NCBI GenBank assembly: GCA_013151175.1
Contig: JAADIV010000132.1
Coordinates: forward strand, 1-42,051
DNA length: 42,051 nt
DNA from: Deltaproteobacteria bacterium
GTDB taxonomy: Bacteria; Desulfobacterota; Desulfobulbia; Desulfobulbales; VMSU01
Reading direction: 5' to 3'
Program-made: the position numbers and the translations under genes
Part shown: positions 1 to 9,831 of the stretch, piece after piece
How positions within the stretch are numbered: position 1 is the stretch's first letter
How the letters are laid out: every line of letters begins with the position of its first letter
The notes under the pieces: generated by a model
What the model saw: the letters and a program-made list of their open reading frames with translations, nothing else
Told to the model about the DNA's origin: nothing
The model's database searches: none

Positions 1-540
1 AATTATATTGTGCCGTTTCTGATTGGCTCACAATTGGCGCGCTTTTTCAGACATAAGGAGATTTACCATCATATAATAGGCCTACTGGGGTCGGAAGCGG
101 CTGGGTTCAGTCTATTACTGCTTCTGGCCTATATTATGGTACTGATTGGCATCAGATTGGGCAACCGTTGGCTCGGCCATACCGAGGCACCGTTATTCGG
201 CAGATTTTCGCCAATGGTACCGATCCTGATTCCCATGGCCTTTGGCGGAGAACTGGTCTATCGTATAAGCTACCTAGCCAGGGGTATAGGGGATTTTATT
301 CCTACCCTGGGGCGGCAGACCGGCATCCATTTTTTGCAGACCCTGGGCTTTACCATCCCTGATTTCCCCATTCAGATATTTTCGGCCTTCTTTATGCTTA
401 ACAGCTCCATCGCCGCCTGTTATATCCTCTGGCGTTTCTGTCTGGAGGACGAGGATGGGGCCATAAAATTACATAGTTTTATTGGCCTGAATTTACTCAT
501 CAGCTTATTTTTATTGGCATATTTATTCGTTATTTTTTAG
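1..540 (+). CDS. C-terminal part of a polytopic membrane protein (5'-truncated by the window edge); function not determined
   Basis: Frame is open from base 1. About four hydrophobic helices. Stop TAG lies 10 nt before bioF. Confidence 0.7.
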   Translation, partial: NYIVPFLIGSQLARFFRHKEIYHHIIGLLGSEAAGFSLLLLLAYIMVLIGIRLGNRWLGHTEAPLFGRFSPMVPILIPMAFGGELVYRISYLARGIGDFIPTLGRQTGIHFLQTLGFTIPDFPIQIFSAFFMLNSSIAACYILWRFCLEDEDGAIKLHSFIGLNLLISLFLLAYLFVIF

Positions 541-550
541 TATCTTACAT

Positions 551-1705
551 GTGAAAAATAAATATCGTTTTATAGATAAGGCTCTTACCGCGCGCCGCGC
601 CGCCGGTCAGCTGCGCGCCTTGCGTGAGGTGGAACACGCGGCCGGAGCCATCATTAAGATTAACGGCCAGTCGTTAATTAATTTCAGTTCCAATGATTAT
701 CTTGGCCTGGCCAATTGCCGGGAGCTTAAGGACAGGGCTATTTCATATATCAAGCAGTTCGGCGTTGGTTCCACCGCCTCAAGACTGGTCTGCGGTAATT
801 ACACATTTTTGACCGCCCTGGAGGAAAAGCTGGCTTGTTTAAAAGGCCAGAAAAGCGCCATGTTGTTTAATTCCGGCTTCCAGGCAAATGTTTCGGTGAT
901 ACCGGCGCTTGCCAATCGTCATTCGTTAATCCTGGCCGATCATCTATGCCATAACAGCATTGTCCAGGGGGCAATCCTAAGCCGGGCCAAATTTATTCGC
1001 TTTAATCACAATGACATCAGTCATCTGCGTTATATCATCAGCAAAACCACTCCCGTTCAGGGCGCCACTTTGATTATCAGCGAGTCTGTTTTCAGTATGG
1101 ATGGTGATCGCGGTCATCTAGAGGAATTGGCAGAAATCGCCGCTGAAACCGGCGCTCTTCTCTATGTTGATGAGGCACACGCCACCGGTGTTTTGGGGAA
1201 AAATGGTATGGGCCTCTCCTGTAATGGCGAGGCAGATGTGGTTATGGGTACCTTTGGCAAGGGCTGCGGCTCATTTGGAGCCTATATCGCCTGCCCGGCG
1301 GAGATTAGGCAATATTTAATCAACTACTGTTCCGGTTTTATCTACTCAACGGCCCTGCCGCCCGCCGTAATTGGAGCCATTGACGCCGCCATTGATATAG
1401 TGCCGAGCATGGAAAAGGAACGTCAATATCTCCAGGGGCTTGGTACTTATCTGCGGAAGGGACTCCAGGGGCTTGACGGCGACACCGGTCAATCTTCAAC
1501 GCATATTGTTCCTCTCTATACCGGCAATGAAGAAAATGCTTTGAGCCTGGCTGACTGGCTGCAAAAGCAGGGGATATTGGCAATTGCTATTCGGCCGCCA
1601 ACCGTTGAGCCGGGAAAGGCCCGGATCAGAATCGCGCTTTCTGTCCTGCACACCCATGAACATCTTGACCAATTGATAAATGCCTTTGCAACCTGGCCCC
1701 GATAA
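551..1705 (+). CDS. bioF: 8-amino-7-oxononanoate synthase
   Basis: NFSSNDYLGL, GSTASRLVCG, ESVFSMDGD, VDEAHATG, PLP lysine in GTFGK, IRPPTV; first gene of the bio cluster. Confidence 0.95.
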   Translation: MKNKYRFIDKALTARRAAGQLRALREVEHAAGAIIKINGQSLINFSSNDYLGLANCRELKDRAISYIKQFGVGSTASRLVCGNYTFLTALEEKLACLKGQKSAMLFNSGFQANVSVIPALANRHSLILADHLCHNSIVQGAILSRAKFIRFNHNDISHLRYIISKTTPVQGATLIISESVFSMDGDRGHLEELAEIAAETGALLYVDEAHATGVLGKNGMGLSCNGEADVVMGTFGKGCGSFGAYIACPAEIRQYLINYCSGFIYSTALPPAVIGAIDAAIDIVPSMEKERQYLQGLGTYLRKGLQGLDGDTGQSSTHIVPLYTGNEENALSLADWLQKQGILAIAIRPPTVEPGKARIRIALSVLHTHEHLDQLINAFATWPR

Positions 1706-2366
1706 AAATTGTTTCATATTTCAGCATGGTTGGGGATTTAGCGCCACGGCCTGGAATGCCTGGCGGCAATTTCTCAATGGCGGCCCCCCGTGTCAGTTCC
1801 TGGATCGGGGTTATTGGGGCCGCCCAACAGAACCGGTTTTTATGGTTAAGCGCCGGCATATTTTGATTACGCATTCACTGGGGCTGCATTTTTGCGCGCC
1901 ATGGTTTGGCGGCATAGACCGTTTAGTTATTATCAGCGGCTTTGAACATTTTCATGGTTCGGAATCGGGGCCGGGTTTTACTCATAAACACCTGCGCATG
2001 ATGCTGAACCGGCTGGATAATGACGTGGCCGGACTTTTAAGGGCTTTTTACCAAAATTGTCAATTCCCCGGCGTCCCTCCAGCCGGTGATGACCTGAATA
2101 TTACTCTTTTGCGAGATGACTTGCACTTGTTAGATACCAGTTTTGCCGCCCTGAATAAAATTCAAAAGATTCCTGAAATCTTGATATTGCACGGCGATGA
2201 TGACCGGATTGTTTCTTCGGAACGGGCGCGAGAACTTAATCTCCATCTGCCAAACAGCAGCTTAAAATTTATACCGGGGGCCGGCCACGGCCTGCCTTTT
2301 ACTCATGCCGCCGTCTGTTGGCGGATAATTTCTGAATTTTGCGCCACCTATGATCATGAAAGATAG
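1680..2366 (+). CDS. bioH: alpha/beta hydrolase, BioH-like pimeloyl-ACP methyl ester esterase
   Basis: HGWG oxyanion motif, nucleophile THSLG, HGDDDRIV, GHGLP; lies between bioF and bioC. Confidence 0.8.
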   Translation: MPLQPGPDKNCFIFQHGWGFSATAWNAWRQFLNGGPPCQFLDRGYWGRPTEPVFMVKRRHILITHSLGLHFCAPWFGGIDRLVIISGFEHFHGSESGPGFTHKHLRMMLNRLDNDVAGLLRAFYQNCQFPGVPPAGDDLNITLLRDDLHLLDTSFAALNKIQKIPEILILHGDDDRIVSSERARELNLHLPNSSLKFIPGAGHGLPFTHAAVCWRIISEFCATYDHER

Positions 2367-3132
2367 AATCGCGGCCGGCTTCTCAAAGGCTGCCGATGAA
2401 TATGAGCAATTTGCCCTGCTGCAGCGTTGCAGTGTCAGGAGTCTGCATAAGAAAATAGCCCTTGTAAAAGGCCGCCTGCCCGCGGGGCCAGTGTTGGAAA
2501 TTGGTTGCGGCAGCGGCACGTTAAGCCGGGTTCTGGTGGCTGAAATGCCGGAACGATATTTTTTGCTCACCGATTTTTCATCGGGTATGCTTAACAAATG
2601 CCGGGCGAATTTCCCCGATGCGGATAGGTTGCAAAAGCTGAAATGGCAGTTGTTGGATGGTGAAAATATTACAGCCCAGGAGAAATTTGTCCTGATTGTC
2701 TCCGGGCTGACGCTGCAATGGTTCACTGATCCGGTACGGGCCTTAAAGTCGGCAGGGCAGGCTCTGCTGCCGGGTGGTATCCTGCTTTACTCTTACCTTG
2801 GCGATGGCTCATTTCCGGAGTGGCGAGCCGTCTGCGACAAATATCAAATACCATGCACAGCAAACCCCGTGCCGGATGCCCACAGGATAAACCATGAAAT
2901 TAGCAAATATTTCAGCAAGGTGGATATCTGGGAAGAGACCTTCAAAATAAAGTATCCAGGGGTGGAGGATTTCTTTTATTCTCTCAAAAAAACCGGCTCC
3001 GGCACCCCGCTAAACGGGCAGGCGCTTGCCGTCAGTCAGATGAAGGCATTGCTCAAAAAATGGAAAGGTGAATTAGCCGGCGAAGAGTTAGAGATGACCT
3101 ACAATATCCGCTATATTATGTCTACGAAATAA
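2350..3132 (+). CDS. bioC: malonyl-ACP O-methyltransferase (start may be 2356)
   Basis: IAAGFSKAADEY..A.LQ N-terminus, SAM motif VLEIGCGSG, LTLQWF; operon context. Confidence 0.9.
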   Translation: MIMKDRIAAGFSKAADEYEQFALLQRCSVRSLHKKIALVKGRLPAGPVLEIGCGSGTLSRVLVAEMPERYFLLTDFSSGMLNKCRANFPDADRLQKLKWQLLDGENITAQEKFVLIVSGLTLQWFTDPVRALKSAGQALLPGGILLYSYLGDGSFPEWRAVCDKYQIPCTANPVPDAHRINHEISKYFSKVDIWEETFKIKYPGVEDFFYSLKKTGSGTPLNGQALAVSQMKALLKKWKGELAGEELEMTYNIRYIMSTK

Positions 3133-3143
3133 GAGGACGCTCA

Positions 3144-3767
3144 ATGAATTTTCCCGCCCAATTTTTTATAACCGGCACCGACACCGGTGTTGGCAAGACT
3201 GTGGTCTCCGCTATACTGCTTGCCGGCCTGAGTTATAAATATTGGAAGCCCGTACAATGCGGTTTGCTAGAGGCCACTGATACCGAGGTGATAAAAAATA
3301 TTACCGGTCTGCATGACGGCCATTTTCTGCCGGAGAAATATCGGCTGCCTGTCTCCGCGTCTCCTCATATTTCAGCGGCAGCCGCAAATGTGACTATAGA
3401 TATGGAAAGTTTAAGGCTGCCTGCCGGTACTGGCGATTTATTGGTGGAAGGGGCGGGCGGTCTGTTGGTACCGCTAAATGCCAGATTCATGATGATTGAT
3501 TTGCTTAAGCTGCTTGGGCTGCCGGTATTATTGGTGGCGCGCAGCGGTTTGGGAACCATCAATCACACTCTGCTGAGTTTGGCCGCCCTGCGCGATAGAG
3601 ATGTGGAGGTGCTGGGAGTAGTGCTGAACGGCGCGAAAGCGAAACATCAGCAAAATCGCCGGGCCATCGAATATTACGGCAAGGTGCAGGTTATCGCAGA
3701 ACTTGAACCACTGACCTGGCTGACACCTGTTTCAATAATGACGGCATTCAAAGAACTTTTTTTGTGA
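3144..3767 (+). CDS. bioD: dethiobiotin synthase
   Basis: FITGTDTGVGKT P-loop, KPVQCG, VEGAGG, LGTINHT; GAGG RBS. Confidence 0.96.
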   Translation: MNFPAQFFITGTDTGVGKTVVSAILLAGLSYKYWKPVQCGLLEATDTEVIKNITGLHDGHFLPEKYRLPVSASPHISAAAANVTIDMESLRLPAGTGDLLVEGAGGLLVPLNARFMMIDLLKLLGLPVLLVARSGLGTINHTLLSLAALRDRDVEVLGVVLNGAKAKHQQNRRAIEYYGKVQVIAELEPLTWLTPVSIMTAFKELFL

Positions 3768-4508
3768 TTACCCGCTGATAGCTTCGAGATCGGTAAAGGC
3801 GTAGGCACTATGTTTATGAATTGATTCAAAGCTCTCAGCCCCCACCGAAAACCAGGAAATGTCATCATGCCGCATAGCCAGTTCCGCTACCTTGCGCACC
3901 ACATCTTCGACAAACATGGGATTTTCATAGGCCTTTTCCGTCACGTATTTTTCATCCGGTCTCTTGAGCAAGCTATAAACCTCACTGGATGAACCGGACT
4001 CAACAAGCTCGATTAAATCTTCAAGCCAGATAAATTTTGTAAATTTAACATTCAAATTTATTTCAGCCCGCTGATTGTGAGCTCCGAAACGGCTTATTTC
4101 CTTGGAACAAGGGCATAGAGTTGTACAGGGAACCCAGACGGAAATAGTAAAGTCCTGCTTGTCGCTGACCTGACAGGTGAACCTGCAGGTGTACTCCATA
4201 AGAGAACTCGTTTTCGTGATTGGTGCCTGCTTCTCTATAAAATACGGAAAGGTCATCTCTATTTGCGCGGCATCGGCCTGTAGTTCTGTCCTTAATTCAT
4301 CAACAATGCACGGGAAAATATTGGGATTAATATCATCCTGATACTTATTGATAATAGCGCGAACGGTGGTAAGACAGGTCTCTCTTGTCTCACTTGGCAT
4401 CCGGGCCCGTAAACTGAGATCGGCCACTGTGGACTGCCGGCCGCCGCCTCTTTCCCTTATTTTGATGGGGCAGCGGATATTTTCAACACCAACTACAGTA
4501 AGTTTCAT
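3768..4508 (-). CDS. folE2: GTP cyclohydrolase IB (FolE2)
   Basis: TTLCPCSKEIS, GAHNQR, LKRPDEKYVTE..YENPMFVED, ESIHKH; stop codon abuts the bioD stop (convergent). Confidence 0.93.
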   Translation of the reverse strand: MKLTVVGVENIRCPIKIRERGGGRQSTVADLSLRARMPSETRETCLTTVRAIINKYQDDINPNIFPCIVDELRTELQADAAQIEMTFPYFIEKQAPITKTSSLMEYTCRFTCQVSDKQDFTISVWVPCTTLCPCSKEISRFGAHNQRAEINLNVKFTKFIWLEDLIELVESGSSSEVYSLLKRPDEKYVTEKAYENPMFVEDVVRKVAELAMRHDDISWFSVGAESFESIHKHSAYAFTDLEAISG

Positions 4509-4707
4509 GGGTATTTTTATTTGTTATTTTTCCTGTTTTGACCGGCAAAAACCAGTAATGCCCGGAGTCAGACTTAACGCAAAACTCTAACCGGACACCA
4601 TGTGGTGGAAAGGGCATAATAGCCGATTGTGTTTAAAATGGCCATAATCTGATATTTTTATTCAAGACTGGAATGTTAACTAACGGGCACATAATGCCCG
4701 GTGTTGA

Positions 4708-5739
4708 CTAATCCTGATGGGTCGCAAAAATATCGGCAAAGGTGCCAACGGCTTTTTTAAAGGCCGCCAATATCTCAGGATCGAAATGAGCAGGCATGGT
4801 TCGGCCATCGCCCTCGGTGATAATTGCTACGGTTTTATGCTGATCCAGGGCCGGTTTATAGGGCCTTTTGCTGCGCAGGGCGTCATACTGGTCAGTAATA
4901 TTCATAATTCTGGCGGTAAGTGGAATCTCTTCACCCTGCAACCCGCCGGGATAGCCCTTCCCGTCCCAACGCTCATGGTGACAGCCGGCAATATCAAATG
5001 CCATCCGTAAAAAGGGTGACTCAGAACCTGCCAGTATCTTGGCGCCAATCTCGGCGTGGATCTTCATTATTTCCCACTCATCAGCATTGAGCGGCCCCCG
5101 CTTGAGCAGAACGGCATCCGGAATGGCCACCTTGCCGATATCATGCATGGGCGAGGCGTGAAAGATGGAGTCACAAAACTCACTATCCAGGCCCAGCCGT
5201 CCCGCCAATTCCCTGGTATAATAGCCGATTCTCCTGATATGGGCGCCAGTATCTTCATCTTTGTATTCCGCGGCCAGAGTTAGACGATCCACGGTCTCTA
5301 TGTACCCCTGGCGGATTTTTCTGGTGCGCTGCCCAACCATCTCCTCCAGATGCTCCTGGTGGAGATGAAGACTCATGTGATTTCTGATCCTGGCGAAGGC
5401 AATGGGCAGTGATATGGGTTTAGTAATATAATCCACTGCCCCAAGATCAAGGCCCTTTTTTTCATCCTCAACTTCCGTCTTGGCGGTAACAAAAAGTATC
5501 GGAATTTCTCTGGTTTTCTTACTTCTTTTTAACTGGCGGCAGACCTCGTAACCGTCCATCCCTGGCATCATAATGTCAAGGAGAATCAAATCGGGGCGGT
5601 TTGACGCCCTAGCTAGCTCCAGGGCGTCAAAGCCATTGGTGGCAATACTTATGCGATATTTATCTTTAAGCAAGTCATGTAACACCCTGATATTGCTTGG
5701 CGTGTCATCAACAATAAGTATCCTTTGTTTGTCAGCCAT
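4708..5739 (-). CDS. response regulator, REC + HD-GYP cyclic-dinucleotide phosphodiesterase (RpfG family), copy 1
   Basis: ILIVDD...LLDIMMPGMDG...KP receiver; HDIGK and HHERWDGKGYP; 8-nt overlap with the upstream kinase. Confidence 0.93.
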   Translation of the reverse strand: MADKQRILIVDDTPSNIRVLHDLLKDKYRISIATNGFDALELARASNRPDLILLDIMMPGMDGYEVCRQLKRSKKTREIPILFVTAKTEVEDEKKGLDLGAVDYITKPISLPIAFARIRNHMSLHLHQEHLEEMVGQRTRKIRQGYIETVDRLTLAAEYKDEDTGAHIRRIGYYTRELAGRLGLDSEFCDSIFHASPMHDIGKVAIPDAVLLKRGPLNADEWEIMKIHAEIGAKILAGSESPFLRMAFDIAGCHHERWDGKGYPGGLQGEEIPLTARIMNITDQYDALRSKRPYKPALDQHKTVAIITEGDGRTMPAHFDPEILAAFKKAVGTFADIFATHQD

Positions 5740-8700
5740 TATTTTTCTTTTCCCTATTTGTATAAGCCTCTATCTCTGTAATAATCGTGTGGGCCTCTTT
5801 GAAATTAAAAGTTTCAAGGGCTCGTCCCAATTGTGCCGCCTGCTCCGAATGTAGAACCAACAGCGTATCCTTTATCTCCTGAAAAATATCCACCGCCTCC
5901 ATATCACTAATTTCCAACAGCTTTCTTAACTTCCTTATTCGGGGAGCGACTGACTCTAAATCTACCACCCCGGCGGGGGTATTAACCGGGGCCGCAAGCT
6001 CCACAACGGGCAGAACCTCTTGCAAAGCGGCTAAAACACTCTCCAGGTATTTCCCGGTTTTATCCAGAAGCTCCGGCACATCTTCCATCCCTTTACCGAT
6101 ACCTATTTCCAACGCCAGGGCCTCGGCCGCCAACTCCGAAGCGCCAATGGTGCCGGCCGCCCCTTTCATGGTATGAACCAGGCGCCTGGCTGTCTCCATG
6201 TCGTTTAGGTCAAGAGCCGTACCTATTTGGGCTGAAAAATCAGCGTACTCCCGTTGGAAAAGACTCAACAGCTCCAGATAAAGAGTTTTATTGCCTGCTA
6301 CCTGGCGCAGGCCGAGGGGCAGATTAATGCCGGGGATAGCAAACGGGAAATTGACTGGTTCCTCTTCCGCCGCCTGCCGTTCCTTATTCGTAAGCAGGTT
6401 ATTATCATTTTGGCCGGTATCGGCCGATTTAAGCCAGTGGCCAAGACAGGCGTGCAATTCCTCCGGATCAATGGGTTTGTTTATATGATCGTTCATGCCG
6501 GCAGCAAGGGACTTCTCCCGATCTCCGGCCATGGCATGGGCGGTCATGGCAATTATGGGGATTATCTGCCCCCCGCTAGCGGTTGAGACCTTTTCTCGCT
6601 CCCTGATTTCCCTTGTTGCCGCGATCCCGTCCATTTCCGGCATCTGGATATCCATAAATATTAGGTCATATTTATTGGCCATGGCCGTATTCACCGCCTC
6701 TTTGCCATCGCTGGCGATATCTACCTCTATCCCAAGCCGCTCCAGAAGCTCACGCGCCACCTGCTGATTAAGCTCATTATCTTCTGCCACCAGTACCCTT
6801 GTGCCGCTAAAGCTTTGCGGATTAACGGAACTATGGTGGCCTATCGGCACCGACATTCCCCCCTTTTTTGAGTTCCAAATATGCATAATTGTTTCAAAGA
6901 GGGCTGAGGGAGTGCTTTGCTCCACCACATCAAGGCCGGACAGACCCGCGGCCCTAACTTCTCTCGTTGTCTCCTCCCCCAGATCGGCCGGCACCAGCAT
7001 AATAATGACCGGCGATGGGGCCAGAAATGGGTCAGTGATAATGCGGCGGCAAATATCAATAGCATCCTCATTTGCCAACAGAGACTTCAAAAGTACCAGT
7101 TCAAAGGCCTGACCGGCCTTAGCGGCCCTAGTGAGCTTTTTCAAAGCCTCCAGGCCGGAACCCGCCCCCTTGACCTTGAGGGAAAATGATTTCAGAATAT
7201 CGGACAGCATGAGCCGGGCGCTTCTATTGGCCTCAACGACCAGAGCGCTGCCGCCATGCCAGTCTGGACAAGTCTGGCATATTGGAGCCACCGGCTCTGC
7301 GGCCCTTTGGAAGACTGCGGTGAAATAAAAGCTGCTGCCTTGACCAGGCGCGCTTTCCACTCCGATTTTACCGTCCATTAACTCTACCAACTGCCTGCTA
7401 ATTGTTAATCCCAGACCGGTACCGCCATATTTTCTGGTGATGGAGGTATCAGCCTGGCTGAAGGCCCGAAACAGTTTCTGCTGTTGTTCGGAAGAGAGGC
7501 CGATACCGCTATCGGTAACGCAGAATCGTAAGATGACATTATCCCCATCGGCGTAGTCAAAATCAACACTGACCACCACCTCGCCCGCCTCAGTAAATTT
7601 CAGGGCATTGCCAGTCAGGTTGAGTAAAATCTGCCCCAAACGCAGAGGGTCACCATGCAAATCAACAGATACGGTTGGAGTAGTTACCAAATAAAGAGTA
7701 ATTCTCTTTTCCCGCGCTCTAGCTTCCAACAGATTGCGGACATTGGCCAACACATCTGTCAGAGAGAAATCTACTGCCTCTAGCCGCAGTTTACCGGCCT
7801 CAATCTTGGAAAAATCCAGAATATCATTGATAATCTCCAACAGGCTGCGAGCTGCCAGATCTATCTTGATTAAATAGTCCTTTTGTTTGGGATTAAGCTC
7901 GGTCTGCATGGCCAAATAGCTCATTCCCAGGATGGCATTCATCGGGGTGCGGATTTCATGACTCATATTGGCCAGGAAATCACTCTTGGCTTTGGTGGCT
8001 TCCTCCGCCCGCTGCGTGGTTTTTTTCAGATCATCCATGATATTCAGCATGGTGAGCCGCATATCTTCTTGCTTGCGAATAAGTTTTTGTTGCCGCCGCT
8101 CTGTTTCCTTGAGGGTAGAGACATCGGCACCATAGACATTTATTTCTCCGGAATTAGGGACGCGGTAAAAAGAAAACAGCAGCTCCTGATTATGGAGCAT
8201 AATATCAACTTGCCGCACACCCCGGCTAGCTGCTAATTCATCTAATATCGTATCAGCCTCCAATGCCGGACATATAGAGACCAGATATTCTCCGACCAGG
8301 TACTCTACCGCGAAGACTGAATTCGCCGCCTTGTTGGCTAGCAGGATACGGCCCTGGTGGTCAAGCCGAAGAACAGGGGCGGGATTAAGATCAGCAAAAA
8401 GTGCCAAGCTTTTCAGTTCCAAATTGGATTTTTCCAGTTTCGTCAGGGCATCTTCAGCCCTTTTTTTTTGGATAGTAACATCCTCTAGCGCTGCCAGGGC
8501 GGCATTGTGGGATAATTGTAATTCCCTGGTTCGCTCGGTTATTTTGTCCTCCAAGTCTTGATAGGACTCCTCCAGAGCGTCTGCCATTTTATTAAAAGTC
8601 GCGGCTAGCCGGCCAATCTCGTCTTTTGAATAAATGGCTAAGCGAAAGGAAAACTCTCCTGCCCCAAGACGCCTGGAGCCTTCCTGTAGTTTACGGAGGG

Positions 8701-9694
8701 GATCGGTAATGGATTGGGCGACATAGAAAAATAAACCGAGAAGCAGGAGAGCCAAGCCGCTGAAAATACCTATGGAAAGCCGCTCAAGCCTGACAACCGG
8801 GGCAAAGGCCTCAGTAGCGTCTATCTTGGCCACCAACCCCCAACGCAGCAGGGGAATATAGCGCCAGGCGGCGATTACCGTCCGACCGCGGTAGTCGGTT
8901 GAGATTCCCGCGCCATTCTTCCCATTCAATGCTCGCTGCATGGGGATGGCCTCTCCGCTGCCCGCTTCTACCTTCATCTTCAGGGCGGCATCAGGCAGGT
9001 AGCGGAGATTGTTAATGAAGGTGATCTGGCCGTCAACCTTCCTGGCGATGATGGTCTCACCGCTAGCGCCCATCCCGGTATTATGCTGAATCATGTCATA
9101 GACAGAACGCATATCTAGCTCAAAGGCTATGAAGCCGATGAATTTCCCGCCCCCGTTATGGGCCGGGCCGAGGATGTACATCTCAAAACCTGAGCCGGGA
9201 TGGACATTATACAAAACTCCTGAAAAAACCGCCTTTTTACGGGCCAACGCCAATAACTCGCCGTTTATTTCTGGATTAACATGACCTATTTCATGCCCCT
9301 TATGTGTCTCGTTACTGGAGTAAACCACTTTGCCATCGGGAGCTAGCAGCATAACATCGAAGAGATTATAAACTTTTTGTAAAACCCGCAATTGCTGATC
9401 TAATACCTTGGTCGCAGTCAGGGCAGCGGGATTATTCAGGTCAGCGATATGGCGGTTAAGCACCGGCATATTCTGTTTGATATTCCAATAGCCGCGCACC
9501 GTGATCATATCACTTAGCCAACTATGGAAAAATTTCTCAATACGTTCTGCCTTGAGGTCGGCAATGGCACTCAGTTTGCTGAAGGCGGCATTACGCAACT
9601 CCTGCCGAGTCGTGTAATAGAAAAGGGGGCAGATGAAACCCAACACCACATAGATAATCACTACAATCGCAATGAATTTCTTTTTTATGGTCAT
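5732..9694 (-). CDS. hybrid sensor histidine kinase 1 (TM-Cache-TM-HAMP-PAS-like-HisKA-HATPase-pseudoREC-REC-Hpt)
   Basis: FLANMSHEIRTPMN H-box, NLTGNALKFT, DSGIG, GGTGLGL, canonical second REC (FMDIQMP), Hpt VHTMKGAAG. Confidence 0.93.
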   Translation of the reverse strand: MTIKKKFIAIVVIIYVVLGFICPLFYYTTRQELRNAAFSKLSAIADLKAERIEKFFHSWLSDMITVRGYWNIKQNMPVLNRHIADLNNPAALTATKVLDQQLRVLQKVYNLFDVMLLAPDGKVVYSSNETHKGHEIGHVNPEINGELLALARKKAVFSGVLYNVHPGSGFEMYILGPAHNGGGKFIGFIAFELDMRSVYDMIQHNTGMGASGETIIARKVDGQITFINNLRYLPDAALKMKVEAGSGEAIPMQRALNGKNGAGISTDYRGRTVIAAWRYIPLLRWGLVAKIDATEAFAPVVRLERLSIGIFSGLALLLLGLFFYVAQSITDPLRKLQEGSRRLGAGEFSFRLAIYSKDEIGRLAATFNKMADALEESYQDLEDKITERTRELQLSHNAALAALEDVTIQKKRAEDALTKLEKSNLELKSLALFADLNPAPVLRLDHQGRILLANKAANSVFAVEYLVGEYLVSICPALEADTILDELAASRGVRQVDIMLHNQELLFSFYRVPNSGEINVYGADVSTLKETERRQQKLIRKQEDMRLTMLNIMDDLKKTTQRAEEATKAKSDFLANMSHEIRTPMNAILGMSYLAMQTELNPKQKDYLIKIDLAARSLLEIINDILDFSKIEAGKLRLEAVDFSLTDVLANVRNLLEARAREKRITLYLVTTPTVSVDLHGDPLRLGQILLNLTGNALKFTEAGEVVVSVDFDYADGDNVILRFCVTDSGIGLSSEQQQKLFRAFSQADTSITRKYGGTGLGLTISRQLVELMDGKIGVESAPGQGSSFYFTAVFQRAAEPVAPICQTCPDWHGGSALVVEANRSARLMLSDILKSFSLKVKGAGSGLEALKKLTRAAKAGQAFELVLLKSLLANEDAIDICRRIITDPFLAPSPVIIMLVPADLGEETTREVRAAGLSGLDVVEQSTPSALFETIMHIWNSKKGGMSVPIGHHSSVNPQSFSGTRVLVAEDNELNQQVARELLERLGIEVDIASDGKEAVNTAMANKYDLIFMDIQMPEMDGIAATREIREREKVSTASGGQIIPIIAMTAHAMAGDREKSLAAGMNDHINKPIDPEELHACLGHWLKSADTGQNDNNLLTNKERQAAEEEPVNFPFAIPGINLPLGLRQVAGNKTLYLELLSLFQREYADFSAQIGTALDLNDMETARRLVHTMKGAAGTIGASELAAEALALEIGIGKGMEDVPELLDKTGKYLESVLAALQEVLPVVELAAPVNTPAGVVDLESVAPRIRKLRKLLEISDMEAVDIFQEIKDTLLVLHSEQAAQLGRALETFNFKEAHTIITEIEAYTNREKKNNG

Positions 9695-9831
9695 AGGGGT
9701 CGTCCTTGAACCGCTGATTATTAGGCGGGAGAATTACAATGAGGTTCACTCGTGACCCATATCATCGGACACAATATTGAATAATGTCAAGGAAAAAACA
9801 GGGAATAAAAAATTAAAGCAGATATTGTTCT

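Noticed and set aside
8461-8469. A9 tract in kinase 1 as a phase-variation or frameshift site
   Set aside because: The frame is intact (QKKR); such runs are expected in Lys codons and nothing else supports it.
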